Origin: Candidatus Multivoradales bacterium
GTDB taxonomy: Bacteria; Acidobacteriota; Thermoanaerobaculia; Multivoradales; Multivoraceae
Assembly (NCBI GenBank): GCA_965223325.1
Contig: CBDCWI010000002.1
Span: 1,152,001 to 1,216,000, forward strand
DNA: 64,000 nucleotides
Direction: 5' to 3'
The notes under the pieces were generated by a model, which saw only the letters and a program-made list of their open reading frames with translations, was not told the DNA's origin and did not search any database. A program made the position numbers and the translations under genes. Shown here piece by piece: positions 28,349-38,668 of the stretch (position 1 is its first letter; every line of letters begins with the position of its first letter).

Positions 28349-29893
28349 TCAAGGCGTGTAGACGTAGGAGGCCTGGAGCCCCAGCGGAATGCCCAGTGCC
28401 CAGTAGATGATCAGGAAGATGGTCCACAACACCAGGAGTGCCACCGAATACGGCAGCATCAGGGAAACCAGGCTTCCGATGCCGGTCTTCTTCACGTAGC
28501 GCTGGCAGAACACCACCACCAACGGGAAGTACGGCATGAGCGGCGTGATGATGTTGGTGCTCGAGTCGCCGATCCGGTAGGCGGCCTGGGTCAGCTCGGG
28601 CGAAATCCCGAGCTCCATCAACATCGGTACGAAGATCGTCGACAGCAGTGCCCACTTGGCCGAAGCCGATCCTACGAAGAGATTGACGAAGGCCGACAAG
28701 AGAATGATCCCGATGACGGTGACCTGCGGGGCGAGCGCCAGGCTTCTTAGAAACTCAGCCCCCTTGAGTGCAATCAGGAGACCGACGTTGGACTGGTTGA
28801 AGGCGTAGATGAAAAGCGCAACGAAGAAGACCATCGCGATGTAGTACGCCATGGTTCCCATCGCCTTGGACATGCCCTCGATGATGTCGCGATGGTTCTT
28901 GACCGTGCCGGCGACGTAGCCGTGGACGACGCCAGGGATGATGAAGAAGATGAAGATGAGCGGCACGATCATCTGCATCAGCGGCGCCGAGAACGCCGTG
29001 ATCTCGCCATTCGGAGAGCGCAGCGCCGAGGTTTCGGGAAGCACCAGGAGAAAAAGCCCGACCGACAGGACGAGCATCGTCACCAGTCCCGCCCACATGC
29101 CCCGGCGGTCACGATCGGAAAGCTCCTGCATCGTCGGAATGTCGTCGGGGTCACCGTCGACCTCGGTCGCCGTCAGGCGCGGTTCGATGATGCGATCGGT
29201 GATGTACCAGCACACCAGAATCACCAGCAGGCTCGAGACGCCAGTAAACAGCAGGTTGCAAAGCGGGTTGACGAGATAGGTCTCGTTCGAGATCTGGGCC
29301 GCCGACTGCGTAAAGCCCTGCAGCAACGGGTCGATTCCCGAGGGGATGAAGTTGGCCGAGAAACCGCCCGAGACCCCGGCAAAGGCCGCACAGATTCCCG
29401 CCACCGGGTGACGCCCGGCGGCGTAGAAGATGACCCCGCCGAGCGGTATCACCAGCACATAGCCGGCGTCGGCTGCGGTGTGGCTAACGATCGCCGCGAG
29501 GACCAACATGGGTGTTAAGAGCGCACCGGGCGTGAAGGCGAGAAGACCCTTCAACACGGCATTGATAAAACCGGTGTGCTCGGCGACTCCGACACCGAGT
29601 AACGCGACCAGAACGACGCCGAGCGGCGGGAAGCTGGTGAAGGTGTTCACCATCCCGGCCATGAACTGTGCCAGAGCGGGACCGGTCAGCTGGGAGACGA
29701 CCCGAACCGGCTCGCCCGTCCGGGGATTGACCTCATCGAACTGAACCGGAGCCAGCACCGCCGACGCCACCCAGGTCGCCACCATCAGAATCAGGAACAG
29801 CACCGCCGGGTCGGGCAGCTTGTTGCCAACGACCTCGATCGCATCGAGGAAGCGTCCCAGGAGACCCGACGGGTTGGCTTCTTTCTTCGACAT
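28349..29893 (-). CDS. abgT: AbgT family transporter
   Basis: IEVVGNKLPDP, GRHPVAG...FAGVSGGFSAN, SASAKW, YRIGDSSTNIITPLMPYF. Confidence 0.93.
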   Translation of the reverse strand: MSKKEANPSGLLGRFLDAIEVVGNKLPDPAVLFLILMVATWVASAVLAPVQFDEVNPRTGEPVRVVSQLTGPALAQFMAGMVNTFTSFPPLGVVLVALLGVGVAEHTGFINAVLKGLLAFTPGALLTPMLVLAAIVSHTAADAGYVLVIPLGGVIFYAAGRHPVAGICAAFAGVSGGFSANFIPSGIDPLLQGFTQSAAQISNETYLVNPLCNLLFTGVSSLLVILVCWYITDRIIEPRLTATEVDGDPDDIPTMQELSDRDRRGMWAGLVTMLVLSVGLFLLVLPETSALRSPNGEITAFSAPLMQMIVPLIFIFFIIPGVVHGYVAGTVKNHRDIIEGMSKAMGTMAYYIAMVFFVALFIYAFNQSNVGLLIALKGAEFLRSLALAPQVTVIGIILLSAFVNLFVGSASAKWALLSTIFVPMLMELGISPELTQAAYRIGDSSTNIITPLMPYFPLVVVFCQRYVKKTGIGSLVSLMLPYSVALLVLWTIFLIIYWALGIPLGLQASYVYTP

Positions 29894-30079
29894 ATCGAAC
29901 CTCCAGGGTCCCGCAACAGGGGACCCCGCCAAGAAAGTGACACAGCAGGGAACGGGAAAGCCTCGCCAGTCTACCTATCCACCACCGCGCCCCGTTCCCA
30001 GGCTCTACGCTGGCCGACGGGACTGGCTACGGGACCGCGGAAATGTCGCGTGGGCGCCTTACGGGACCCAGAGCTGGAC

Positions 30080-31183
30080 CTACGTGTGCTCGCCGCGGAA
30101 CTCGCGCATCCAGGCTGCCAAGCGCTCCACACCGGCCACCGGCATGGCGTTGTAGATCGACGCTCGAACCCCACCCACCGAGCGGTGCCCCTTGAGAGTC
30201 ACCAGGCCGCGCTCGGCAGCGCCCTCGAGAAAGCCACCATCGAGAAGGGCGTTGGCGGTACGGAACGTCACGTTCATCCGCGAACGGCTGGCCTTCTGGG
30301 CATGCGGCAGGTAGAACGGCTCGGGGCTCGAGTCTTCGTCGAGAACCTCATAGAGAAGCGCCGCCTTCCTCTTGTTGTGCTCGGCCATCGCTGCCAGACC
30401 ACCCATCTCGTCTTCCAACCAACGCAGGACCAGCAGGAACGCCCATACACCGAAGACCGGCGGGGTGTTCAGTCGCGACCCGGCCTTGGCGTGGGCTCGG
30501 TAGTCGAGCATTGGATGTTGCTCGGGGACGGCACGGTTCATGAAGTCGTTCTCGATCACCACTACGGTCAGCCCGGAGGGCCCGGCGTTCTTTTGTGCGC
30601 AGGCGTAGTACATCGCGTGGCGTTCGATATCCACCGGACGACTCAGGAAGTCCGAAGACGCATCACAGATCAACGGCACGTCGCCTGCCGACGGAAGGTC
30701 CTGGAACTGCACGCCCTGGATGGTCTCGTTGGACACGTAGTACATGTAGACCGAGTCCTCAGCCACTTGGTACTCGCCATCTTCCGGGACGCGCGTCCAA
30801 TTCTCGTCGCTGCCACTCCAGACCACTTCTACCCGGCCCTCGCGCTCCGCCTGGGTCACTCCCTTGCCCCCCCACGTCCCGGTGACCAGGTAGGACGCGG
30901 CGCTCGGCTGGCCACAGAGGAAGTTGATCGGGATCATCGAGAACTGCAGCTGGGCGCCGCCCTGCAGAAACAGGACCGAGTAGCCGTCAGGCACACCGAG
31001 AACCCGTCTCAGCCTCATCTCGGCCTCCTCGAAGATCTCGTCGCAAGCGGCCGACCGGTGACTCATCTCGAGCACCGACATACCGGCACCCGGCAGGGTG
31101 ACGATTTCGTCGCGGATCCGTTCGAGCACCGGGAGCGGCATGACCGCTGGCCCGGCCGAGAAATTGAAGACACGTTCTGACAT
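30080..31183 (-). CDS. serC: Phosphoserine aminotransferase
   Basis: FNFSAGPA, EMSHRS, FLQGGA, NETIQG, AQKNAGPSG, NTPP, RSRMNV, LKGHRSVGGVRASIYNA. Confidence 0.97.
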   Translation of the reverse strand: MSERVFNFSAGPAVMPLPVLERIRDEIVTLPGAGMSVLEMSHRSAACDEIFEEAEMRLRRVLGVPDGYSVLFLQGGAQLQFSMIPINFLCGQPSAASYLVTGTWGGKGVTQAEREGRVEVVWSGSDENWTRVPEDGEYQVAEDSVYMYYVSNETIQGVQFQDLPSAGDVPLICDASSDFLSRPVDIERHAMYYACAQKNAGPSGLTVVVIENDFMNRAVPEQHPMLDYRAHAKAGSRLNTPPVFGVWAFLLVLRWLEDEMGGLAAMAEHNKRKAALLYEVLDEDSSPEPFYLPHAQKASRSRMNVTFRTANALLDGGFLEGAAERGLVTLKGHRSVGGVRASIYNAMPVAGVERLAAWMREFRGEHT

Positions 31184-31412
31184 GGAAACTCCTTCTGAAA
31201 CCGATCTCGTCGCGGGGCCGCCAGCAACAGCGACCGCAAACACCGCACCCGTCCTCGCCCCAGGCGCGCAAATCATAGTCGGCCAGCGAGAGCCGCGCGG
31301 TCGAGCGTCGAGGCGGCCCGAAACGCCTCGCGGGCTGCAGCTGGAATTGGTCCTCCTCCGACGGTGGTCGATGGCACCTTCTTCCGGCCCACCGCTTCGC
31401 TACCATCTCCAC

Positions 31413-33413
31413 ATGGAAACGACCTACCCCAGCGCCTGCCCGCTCGACTGCCCCGACAGCTGTTCGCTCGAGGTGTCCGTCGAGAGTGGCCGCGTGACAG
31501 GCGTTAGGGGCAGCCACAGCAATCCGTTGACCCAGGGGTTCGTGTGCTCGAAAGTCCGAAACTACGCTCGCCACACCTACTCTGACGCTCGCATCACCTC
31601 GCCGGGCCTACGCACCGGCCCCAAAGGAAGCGGCGCTTTTCGCGATGTCTCCTGGGACGAGGCCATGGCAACGGTCAGCGAGCGGCTGGCCGAGGCCGTG
31701 GCAACCAGCGGCGGGACGTCCATCCTGCCGTTGTCCTACGGTGGATCGAACGGTCTGTTGACGCAGGACACGACCGACGCACTCCTCTTTCGAAGACTCG
31801 GCGCGTCGCAACTCCTGCGCACGGTCTGCGCCGCCCCTTCGACCGCCGCCCAGGCTGCCCTCTACGGGAGGATGCCGGGCGTGGCGCTCACCGACTACGA
31901 ACACGCGAGGCTGATCGTGGTCTGGGGTTCCAACCCCTCGGCGACCGGAATCCACCTCATCCCGATCATTCAACGCGCCCGCCAGGCCGGGGCCCAGCTG
32001 GTGGTCGTCGATCCTCGAGCGACGCCCCTGGCCAAACAAGCCGATCTGTGGATTGCTCCCCGACCCGGCAGCGACCTCGCCCTCGCCCTGGCGCTCATTC
32101 GCGAGCTCTACTCCGGCGGTCACGCCGATGACGCCTTTCTCTCGGCGCACACCCGCAACGCCTCTGAACTCCGCCAGTGCGCCCAGCCCTGGACGCTCGA
32201 GCGAACCGCCCGGACCACCGACGTCCCGGCGGCGGACATCGAGCGCTTCGCTACGCTCTACCGCAGTTCGAACCCGGCGGTGATTCGCTGCGGATGGGGT
32301 GTCGAGCGCAACCGCAACGGCGGCTCGGCGGTCGCCGCGATCCTGGCGCTCCCGGCGGTTGCCGGCAAGTTCGCGGTGCGAGGCGGCGGCTACACCATGA
32401 GCAACAGTGGCGCCTGGGACTTTCCGGATCTCGAAGACGAAACGCCTCCCGGGACACGTCGCGAGGTCAACATGAATCAGATGGGCAGCGCACTCACCGC
32501 GCTCGATCCGCCGATCGAGGTTCTCTTCGTCTACAACTGCAACCCGCTCGCTACCCTTCCCAACCAGCAAGCAGTGCAGCGCGGTCTAGAGCGCGACGAC
32601 TTGTTCACCGTCGTGTTCGACCCGGTGATGACCGACACGGCGCGCTACGCCGACGTCGTGCTCCCCGCAACGACCTTTCTCGAGCATCATGACCTCGCAC
32701 GCGGCTACGGCGCATTCGCCATGCACGAGGTTCGTCCGGTGATCGAACCCATCGGTCAGGCGCGACCAAACCACCACGTCTTCGCTGATCTGCTCGACCG
32801 TTTGAACCTCTCGACTGACGACGAAGACAGCACCCTCAGGAGCTTCCGGAACCGCCTTCTCGAAGAGCTTCCGGAACAGCGAGAGCAGCTCGCGAGCGAA
32901 GGCATCGCTCGCCCGCCGGCGGGCTCGCACCCGGTTCAATTCGTCGACGTCTTCCCCAACACTCCAGACCGGAGAATCGATCTGTTCCCGGAGTCGTTGA
33001 ACGAAGAGGCACCGCTCGGACTGTTCGGGTTCCATACCGACCCTGGAAGCGAGGAGTACCCCCTCGCCCTGATCTCTCCGGCGGGTCCAAACCGCATCTC
33101 CTCGACCTTCGGCCAGCTCGACCAGCGCCTGATTCCGCTCGTCATGCACCCCGACGACGCGAGTGCGAGAGGACTCACCCCTGGCGAGCGCATTCGGGTG
33201 TGGAACGCGCTGGGTGAAGTGGTCTGTCACGTCGAGGTCTCGCGCGCGGTCCGGCCCGGAGTGGTGGCGCTCGAGAAGGGGCTCTGGCGCCACCACACCG
33301 AGAGCGGAACGAGCTCGAATTCCCTCGTTCCCGAGGCGCTGACCGACCTCGGAGGTGGCGCCTGCTTCAACGACGCGCGCGTCCAGGTCGAAGCGGCCCC
33401 TCCCAGGAGCTGA
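31413..33413 (+). CDS. Stand-alone molybdopterin (bis-MGD) oxidoreductase with N-terminal 4Fe-4S cluster
   Basis: CPLDCPDSC...CSK, VSWDEA, MTDTARYADVVLPATTFLE, C-terminal binding domain (MHPDDA..RG); start at ATG 31413. Confidence 0.92.
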   Translation: METTYPSACPLDCPDSCSLEVSVESGRVTGVRGSHSNPLTQGFVCSKVRNYARHTYSDARITSPGLRTGPKGSGAFRDVSWDEAMATVSERLAEAVATSGGTSILPLSYGGSNGLLTQDTTDALLFRRLGASQLLRTVCAAPSTAAQAALYGRMPGVALTDYEHARLIVVWGSNPSATGIHLIPIIQRARQAGAQLVVVDPRATPLAKQADLWIAPRPGSDLALALALIRELYSGGHADDAFLSAHTRNASELRQCAQPWTLERTARTTDVPAADIERFATLYRSSNPAVIRCGWGVERNRNGGSAVAAILALPAVAGKFAVRGGGYTMSNSGAWDFPDLEDETPPGTRREVNMNQMGSALTALDPPIEVLFVYNCNPLATLPNQQAVQRGLERDDLFTVVFDPVMTDTARYADVVLPATTFLEHHDLARGYGAFAMHEVRPVIEPIGQARPNHHVFADLLDRLNLSTDDEDSTLRSFRNRLLEELPEQREQLASEGIARPPAGSHPVQFVDVFPNTPDRRIDLFPESLNEEAPLGLFGFHTDPGSEEYPLALISPAGPNRISSTFGQLDQRLIPLVMHPDDASARGLTPGERIRVWNALGEVVCHVEVSRAVRPGVVALEKGLWRHHTESGTSSNSLVPEALTDLGGGACFNDARVQVEAAPPRS

Positions 33414-33565
33414 CCGCCAAGGAAAGCGCGATATACTGCTTTTTGCGATTCAGCGATGTGTCCCCGAACGCGCCGCAGGCAGTTCGCTGGCACACCCGCC
33501 CGTTCCAGGGCATCACCAGCTCTTGCGGCTCGCCAGTACGCCTGGCTCCTTGGTGACCCCCCGCC

Positions 33566-35473
33566 ATGACTCAGACCGACCATTTGCCCAGCGCCCCGGC
33601 TCAATCGGCTGGTCTCGATGCAGCCGAGCGATTCGAGGCACAGGCCCGGATCCTCGATCTCTTCCGCCTCGACCGCTCCCTCGGGGAGACCCTGGGGGAT
33701 GTCTGCCGGTTGATCGAGGCCAGCTGCCCGAATTCGCGCTGCGCCATCCTGATCTGCGAACCGAAGGGCACCCGTCTGGCGGCCGCGCCGAACCTCTCAG
33801 AGCCGGTTCGCCAGGCGCTCGAAGGCGTACCCACCCACCAGGGCGACCAGAAATCGACCGCCGCGATGGCCGCCCTCGCGGCAACCACCGGGCACCCGGT
33901 GTTCATCGAGCAGATCTCATCGCACGCCGCCTGGGAGGGTTACCGTGACGCCTTCCTCGAGGAAACCCTCTCCGCCTGCTGGTCGATTCCTCTCCTCGGC
34001 CGCGCCGATGGCGAGGTCGTGGGAACAATCGACCTCTTCCAGTCGGAAGAGCGCGAACCGACCGAAGAGGAACGCCAGATCCTCGCCGCCGCCGCCGACC
34101 TGACGCGGGCGGTTCTGCAACGCCTCGAAATGCTCGAGGATCTCGTCCGCCAGACCCAGTACGACTCTCTGACCGGTCTTCCCAACCGCACGCTCTTCGC
34201 GCGTCGCCTTGGCGCCCTCATCGCCCGCGAACGCGAGGAGCGCTCGGAGTATCGCTTCGCGGTCGTTGCGCTGGACATCGACCAGCTCAAGAACATCAAC
34301 GACACCCTCGGTTTCAACATGGGCGACTACCTCTTGCGCGCCATCGGCAAGCGGCTGGTCGATTGCGTGCGCAAGGACGACACGGTAGCTCGCACCAGCG
34401 GTGACGAGTTCCTGCTCCTCCTGCGCGATATCCACCGCAACGACGACGTGGCGATGATCGCGCAGAAGATCCGCCAGCAGATCAACTCGCCATACGACTT
34501 CGATGGTCAGGGACTGTTCGTCACCGCGACTCTGGGCATTTCGGTTTACCCCTGGGATGGCGAAGACGGTCAGACTCTCCTGCGAAACGCCGAGACCGCC
34601 CTTTCGCACGCCAAAGATCTCGGTGGCAGCGGCTACCAGTTTTTCCGCCCCACCATGGTGCGCAACAAGCCCACCTTCGACGATTGGTGGCACCGTTCGA
34701 AGCTCGCCTCCGACCTACGCCACGCGCTCTCGAAGGAAGAGTTCGAGCTCTACTACCAGCTCAAGTACGACACCGAAGGCAAACACATCCTCGGTGCCGA
34801 GGCCTTGATCCGCTGGAACCATCCCGAGCTCGGCCTGCTCTTGCCGGGCAAGTTCATCCCGATGTCAGAGCAAACCGGCGAGATCATCCCGATGGGCGCC
34901 TGGGCTCTCGAAACCGCCTGCCGTCAAAACAAGGCGTGGCAAGACGCCGGCCTCTTTCGTGCCCCGGTTGCGGTCAACGTCACCGCCCAACAGTTCCGAC
35001 AGAGCGACCTCATCGACCTGATCGTGCGGGTGCTCGACGAAACCGGCCTCGGTCCGGCCTACCTCGAGCTCGAAATCACCGAAAGCCTGGCCATGGAGGG
35101 CGGCGCCAAGTCACTCAGTCGCCTCCAGGCCCTCGCCGATCTCGGCGTAAGTCTCACCATCGACGACTTCGGAACCGGCTTCTCGTCGCTCAGCTACCTG
35201 AGCCGCTACCCGATTCACACCCTCAAGATCGACCGGTCCTTCATCAAGGACATCGGAACCGGCAACGAAAACGATCACGACAGTCGTTCGCTGGTGCTCG
35301 CGATCCTTTCGGTGGCCAAGGCCCTGCAACTGGTGACCGTCGCCGAGGGCGTGGAAACCGAAGAGCAGCTCGAGTTCATGCGCGAACACAGCTGCGATCA
35401 AATCCAGGGTTTCCTGCTCGCTCGGCCCGAAGCTGTCGAACCGCTGACAGACCGCCTCTTCAAGCGCTCCTGA
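33566..35473 (+). CDS. GAF-GGDEF-EAL c-di-GMP protein
   Basis: GAF (ACWSIPL), YDSLTGLPNR, variant SGDEF, EALIRW, DDFGTGFSSL, KIDRSF, AEGVE, QGFL. Confidence 0.93.
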   Translation: MTQTDHLPSAPAQSAGLDAAERFEAQARILDLFRLDRSLGETLGDVCRLIEASCPNSRCAILICEPKGTRLAAAPNLSEPVRQALEGVPTHQGDQKSTAAMAALAATTGHPVFIEQISSHAAWEGYRDAFLEETLSACWSIPLLGRADGEVVGTIDLFQSEEREPTEEERQILAAAADLTRAVLQRLEMLEDLVRQTQYDSLTGLPNRTLFARRLGALIAREREERSEYRFAVVALDIDQLKNINDTLGFNMGDYLLRAIGKRLVDCVRKDDTVARTSGDEFLLLLRDIHRNDDVAMIAQKIRQQINSPYDFDGQGLFVTATLGISVYPWDGEDGQTLLRNAETALSHAKDLGGSGYQFFRPTMVRNKPTFDDWWHRSKLASDLRHALSKEEFELYYQLKYDTEGKHILGAEALIRWNHPELGLLLPGKFIPMSEQTGEIIPMGAWALETACRQNKAWQDAGLFRAPVAVNVTAQQFRQSDLIDLIVRVLDETGLGPAYLELEITESLAMEGGAKSLSRLQALADLGVSLTIDDFGTGFSSLSYLSRYPIHTLKIDRSFIKDIGTGNENDHDSRSLVLAILSVAKALQLVTVAEGVETEEQLEFMREHSCDQIQGFLLARPEAVEPLTDRLFKRS

Positions 35474-35489
35474 ACTCCAGCAAACCAGT

Positions 35490-36599
35490 TCACCGACCCG
35501 CCGTCTGCTCGACACCGAGTTCATGCCAGCGGGCATCGATATCGAGCTCGGCGAGTTCTTCGGCGCGCGAATAGAAGCACGGTAACTCACCGTCGCACGC
35601 CTCGAGCTCGCGTTCGAGGGGATCGACCAGCAGCCAGTAGGCACTCACGCTGGCCAGATCGGCATTGTCGAGCTCGCCTTCGAAGAAGCGGCGCCAGGGA
35701 ACCCGCTCGCGCTCGAGGTACTCGTCGCGCATGGAGGCGAACAGCTCGGCTTTCTGAACTCGCTGGGTCGACGGCTCGAGCGCGGCGTTCCGGTAGACCT
35801 CTCTGAGCCGCTCGCGGTAGCGCAGGAGAAGTGCTACGACCTCGCGTTCGTCCTCCTGGCGCTGCTTGTACTCCGCCCATAGCGCTTCGTCTTTCTCGTT
35901 CTCTTCGAGCCAGCGCTCGACCCCCGCCATCTCGACGACAGTCGCAAACGATTCGTTGAACACCGTATCGCCGGGTGCGTAGACGACCTGGTGGGAGAGC
36001 TCGTGAAAGAGAAGACCAGCGAGGTCGGCCTCCGGAAGGCCAACGAAGGTATTGAGGACGGGATCTGCAAACCACCCCAACGTCGAGTACGCCGTCACGC
36101 CGCCGACAGACACGTCCCAACCACGCGCGGCCAGCCGATCGGCATAGCGCTCGGCGCGCTCCTTCTTGAAGTAGCCCCGGTAGGAAACACAACCGGCAAC
36201 TGGAAAACACCAGACCCGCGGCACCACCGAAAACTCCGGCGCTGCCACCACGTTCCAGGTCACGTACGGGCGCCCAAGATCGACGTAGGTTCGGTAGCTC
36301 TTGTTGTCTGGAAGGGAAAGGCGTCGAGTGGCGAAGTCGCGCATCGCCAGGATGCCCTCGAGCTTTCTCGTCAACCCTGGATCGAGATCACCGCTGGCGA
36401 GCAAGCGGTCGATCGGTTGGCGCTCGAGCAGAACCCGCGCTCCGCCACTCGCCGCCTGGGTGTAGTAGGAGAGCGACGAGCAGCCCAGAACCAACCCGAG
36501 CAGCAAGCTGAGGAGTAGTCCGCGCACAAGCAGGCGGCGTAGAAACGCCTTCGGGGACGGACCAATCATCTCCTGCTCGTTCGATATCATCCCCCTCAC
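35490..36599 (-). CDS. Putative zinc aminopeptidase lipoprotein
   Basis: Lipobox LVLGC; WCFPVAGCVSYRGYF, AYSTLGWFADP, FHELSHQ, FNESFA; start uncertain. Confidence 0.9.
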   Translation of the reverse strand: MRGMISNEQEMIGPSPKAFLRRLLVRGLLLSLLLGLVLGCSSLSYYTQAASGGARVLLERQPIDRLLASGDLDPGLTRKLEGILAMRDFATRRLSLPDNKSYRTYVDLGRPYVTWNVVAAPEFSVVPRVWCFPVAGCVSYRGYFKKERAERYADRLAARGWDVSVGGVTAYSTLGWFADPVLNTFVGLPEADLAGLLFHELSHQVVYAPGDTVFNESFATVVEMAGVERWLEENEKDEALWAEYKQRQEDEREVVALLLRYRERLREVYRNAALEPSTQRVQKAELFASMRDEYLERERVPWRRFFEGELDNADLASVSAYWLLVDPLERELEACDGELPCFYSRAEELAELDIDARWHELGVEQTAGR

Positions 36600-36735
36600 C
36601 CTCTCCGAATCGACCTTCTGAAAGCCTCAAGCCCCGGCGGCACCAGGCGTGGATAAACCGAGATCCAACAGAAGCTTAGACCGATCTTGCGCCGATGTGA
36701 CTTGCGGTCGTACAAGGTGATCAAAGGCTGGGAAG

Positions 36736-37320
36736 ATGAACGACGAAAGACCCGCGGACGAAGAACTGGTCAGCGCGGCAAAGAGCGCCCCTGACGGGGA
36801 CATGAAAGCTTTCAACGAACTCGTTCGGATTCACAGAGGCCGCGTGCTGGCCAACTGTCGCTTCATCTCTCGCTCTCCGAATGACGCCGAAGACCTCGCC
36901 CAGGAAGTCTTCGTCAAAGCCTACTTCGCCTTGCCGAGGTTTGAAGGCAGATCGACCTTCAAGACCTGGATTCAGAGAATCAAGATCAACCACTGCCTCA
37001 ACTTCCTCGACAAACGTCGCGGTAAGGAATGGCTGAACGTTGAAGACCCCAGCCTGATGCACCACGAAGCCCTGCAGTTCGAATCACGCGCCGAACGCCT
37101 GACGATTGCCATGAGCGAGCGCGCGCGCATCGAGCGCATCCTCGACGAGCTCAACGAGACCCTGCGTGTACCGCTCGTCCTGCGTGACTCCGACGGCTGT
37201 TCCTACCAGGAGATCGCCGAGCAGTTGGGGATCAGCCTTTCGGCAGTCAAGATGCGTATCAAGCGCGCCCGCGAACAGTTCCGCGAGCTCTGGGAACAAC
37301 AAGAAGCAGGTGCAGCGTGA
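36736..37320 (+). CDS. ECF sigma-70 factor (SigX-like)
   Basis: Region 2 DAEDLAQEVF...FEGRSTFKTW; region 4 SYQEIAEQLGISLSAVKMRIKRAR. Confidence 0.93.
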   Translation: MNDERPADEELVSAAKSAPDGDMKAFNELVRIHRGRVLANCRFISRSPNDAEDLAQEVFVKAYFALPRFEGRSTFKTWIQRIKINHCLNFLDKRRGKEWLNVEDPSLMHHEALQFESRAERLTIAMSERARIERILDELNETLRVPLVLRDSDGCSYQEIAEQLGISLSAVKMRIKRAREQFRELWEQQEAGAA

Positions 37321-37664
37321 CGATCGATGGCGGCTACGACGGTTACGACGGCGACCCCGTCGACGGCGTCGATCACCAGACGATCGAGACTGGTGAACCG
37401 ATCGGTGTTCTGGTCGATGTCGAGCTGCCGGCCAGCACCGGATTCATCGATGGCCTCAGGCGTCGCATTGAACGCCGCCGCCTGGCGAACACCGTCACCG
37501 GTCTCGCCTGGAACGGCCCCATCGTGGTTCTGCTCGAGATGTTGGGCGCCTTGTTTCAGCTCATCGGAATCGAATACCGTCATGAGGACGCGATCGACAC
37601 CACAGATCCATCCTCACCCCGCAGTTCACCGAGGGCTTCCCGCCGGAGGGACAGTAACCGATGA
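37317..37664 (+). CDS. Small membrane protein, candidate anti-sigma factor (CrfX-like)
   Basis: Coupled on both sides (GTGA, ATGA); one hydrophobic segment; sits between sigma and the CmpX-like gene. Confidence 0.6.
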   Translation: MTIDGGYDGYDGDPVDGVDHQTIETGEPIGVLVDVELPASTGFIDGLRRRIERRRLANTVTGLAWNGPIVVLLEMLGALFQLIGIEYRHEDAIDTTDPSSPRSSPRASRRRDSNR

Positions 37665-38488
37665 GTACGCTCGAACTTCTGCGAGAGCAGCTCCTCCAGA
37701 CCTGGCACGATCTCCTGACCAGCATCGTCGACTCGCTACCGGTGGTCCTGGTCGGTATCGCACTCGTCCTTCTGGCCCTTCTGATCGCCCGGTTGGTGCG
37801 CTGGGGGACCCGGGTTGCGCTCGAGCGCGTCCACTTCGACAGGGCAATCGAACGGCTCGGTCTCGATCGCTCGCTACGGCAGTTCGGAATCACCAAGCCG
37901 CTCAGCCAACTGATCCCGACTGCCGTCTACTGGTTGCTCCTCTTCCTCTTCGCGCGGACTTTCGCCGACAACCTCGGCCTGACTCCGGTCTCAGAGGCGC
38001 TCGGCACCTCACTCTCCTACGTCCCGAACATTATCGCCGCCATCGCCGTGCTACTCGCCGGGAGCTTGATGGCGCAGTTCGCTGGCTCCGGTGTCGCACA
38101 GGCCAGCGAGTCGGCAGGCCTGGAGTTCGGTCCCGCCCTCGGTCGCCTGGTTTCGGCCCTGATCCTTTTCGTCGCCATCATCATGGCCATCAGCCAGCTT
38201 CGTATCGACACCGACATCGTTCGAATCGTCACCGCCTGCTCCCTGGCCGGCGTCGCCCTCGCCTTCGCTTTGTCCTTCGGCCTGGGAATGCGTAGTACCG
38301 TCGAACAGATCCTCGCCGGCTTCTATGTGCGTAAGGTTCTCGACGTCGGGGACCGTGTCGAGGTCCACGGCGAGACCGCAGAACTGCAGGCCATCACTCC
38401 CACGCTCGCGGTTCTCGAACGTGACGGCAAGCGCTGGCTGGTTCCCAACTCGGCCCTCTCCAAACCCGGCTCACCTCCGGAGTCTTGA
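37661..38488 (+). CDS. cmpX: CmpX-like small mechanosensitive-channel family protein
   Basis: Two TM-helix repeats; AISQL, ALSFGLG...QILAGFYVR...VGDRV and short MscS beta domain, matching Pseudomonas CmpX as recalled. Confidence 0.8.
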   Translation: MSTLELLREQLLQTWHDLLTSIVDSLPVVLVGIALVLLALLIARLVRWGTRVALERVHFDRAIERLGLDRSLRQFGITKPLSQLIPTAVYWLLLFLFARTFADNLGLTPVSEALGTSLSYVPNIIAAIAVLLAGSLMAQFAGSGVAQASESAGLEFGPALGRLVSALILFVAIIMAISQLRIDTDIVRIVTACSLAGVALAFALSFGLGMRSTVEQILAGFYVRKVLDVGDRVEVHGETAELQAITPTLAVLERDGKRWLVPNSALSKPGSPPES

Positions 38489-38668
38489 CCCGAACAGCAG
38501 TCGCGCCGCGAATCCCCATCGCCTAAGCGAACCTCCCGGCAGGGCGGGACCGTTTCGCCGCCTTGTACGAACAACCCTCGCCCCGCGGCGGGAGGTTGCG
38601 ACACAGAACTCGATCCATACCGTTTCTATCCCTACAAAACCTCCACACCGATCAAGAGGATCTACTCC

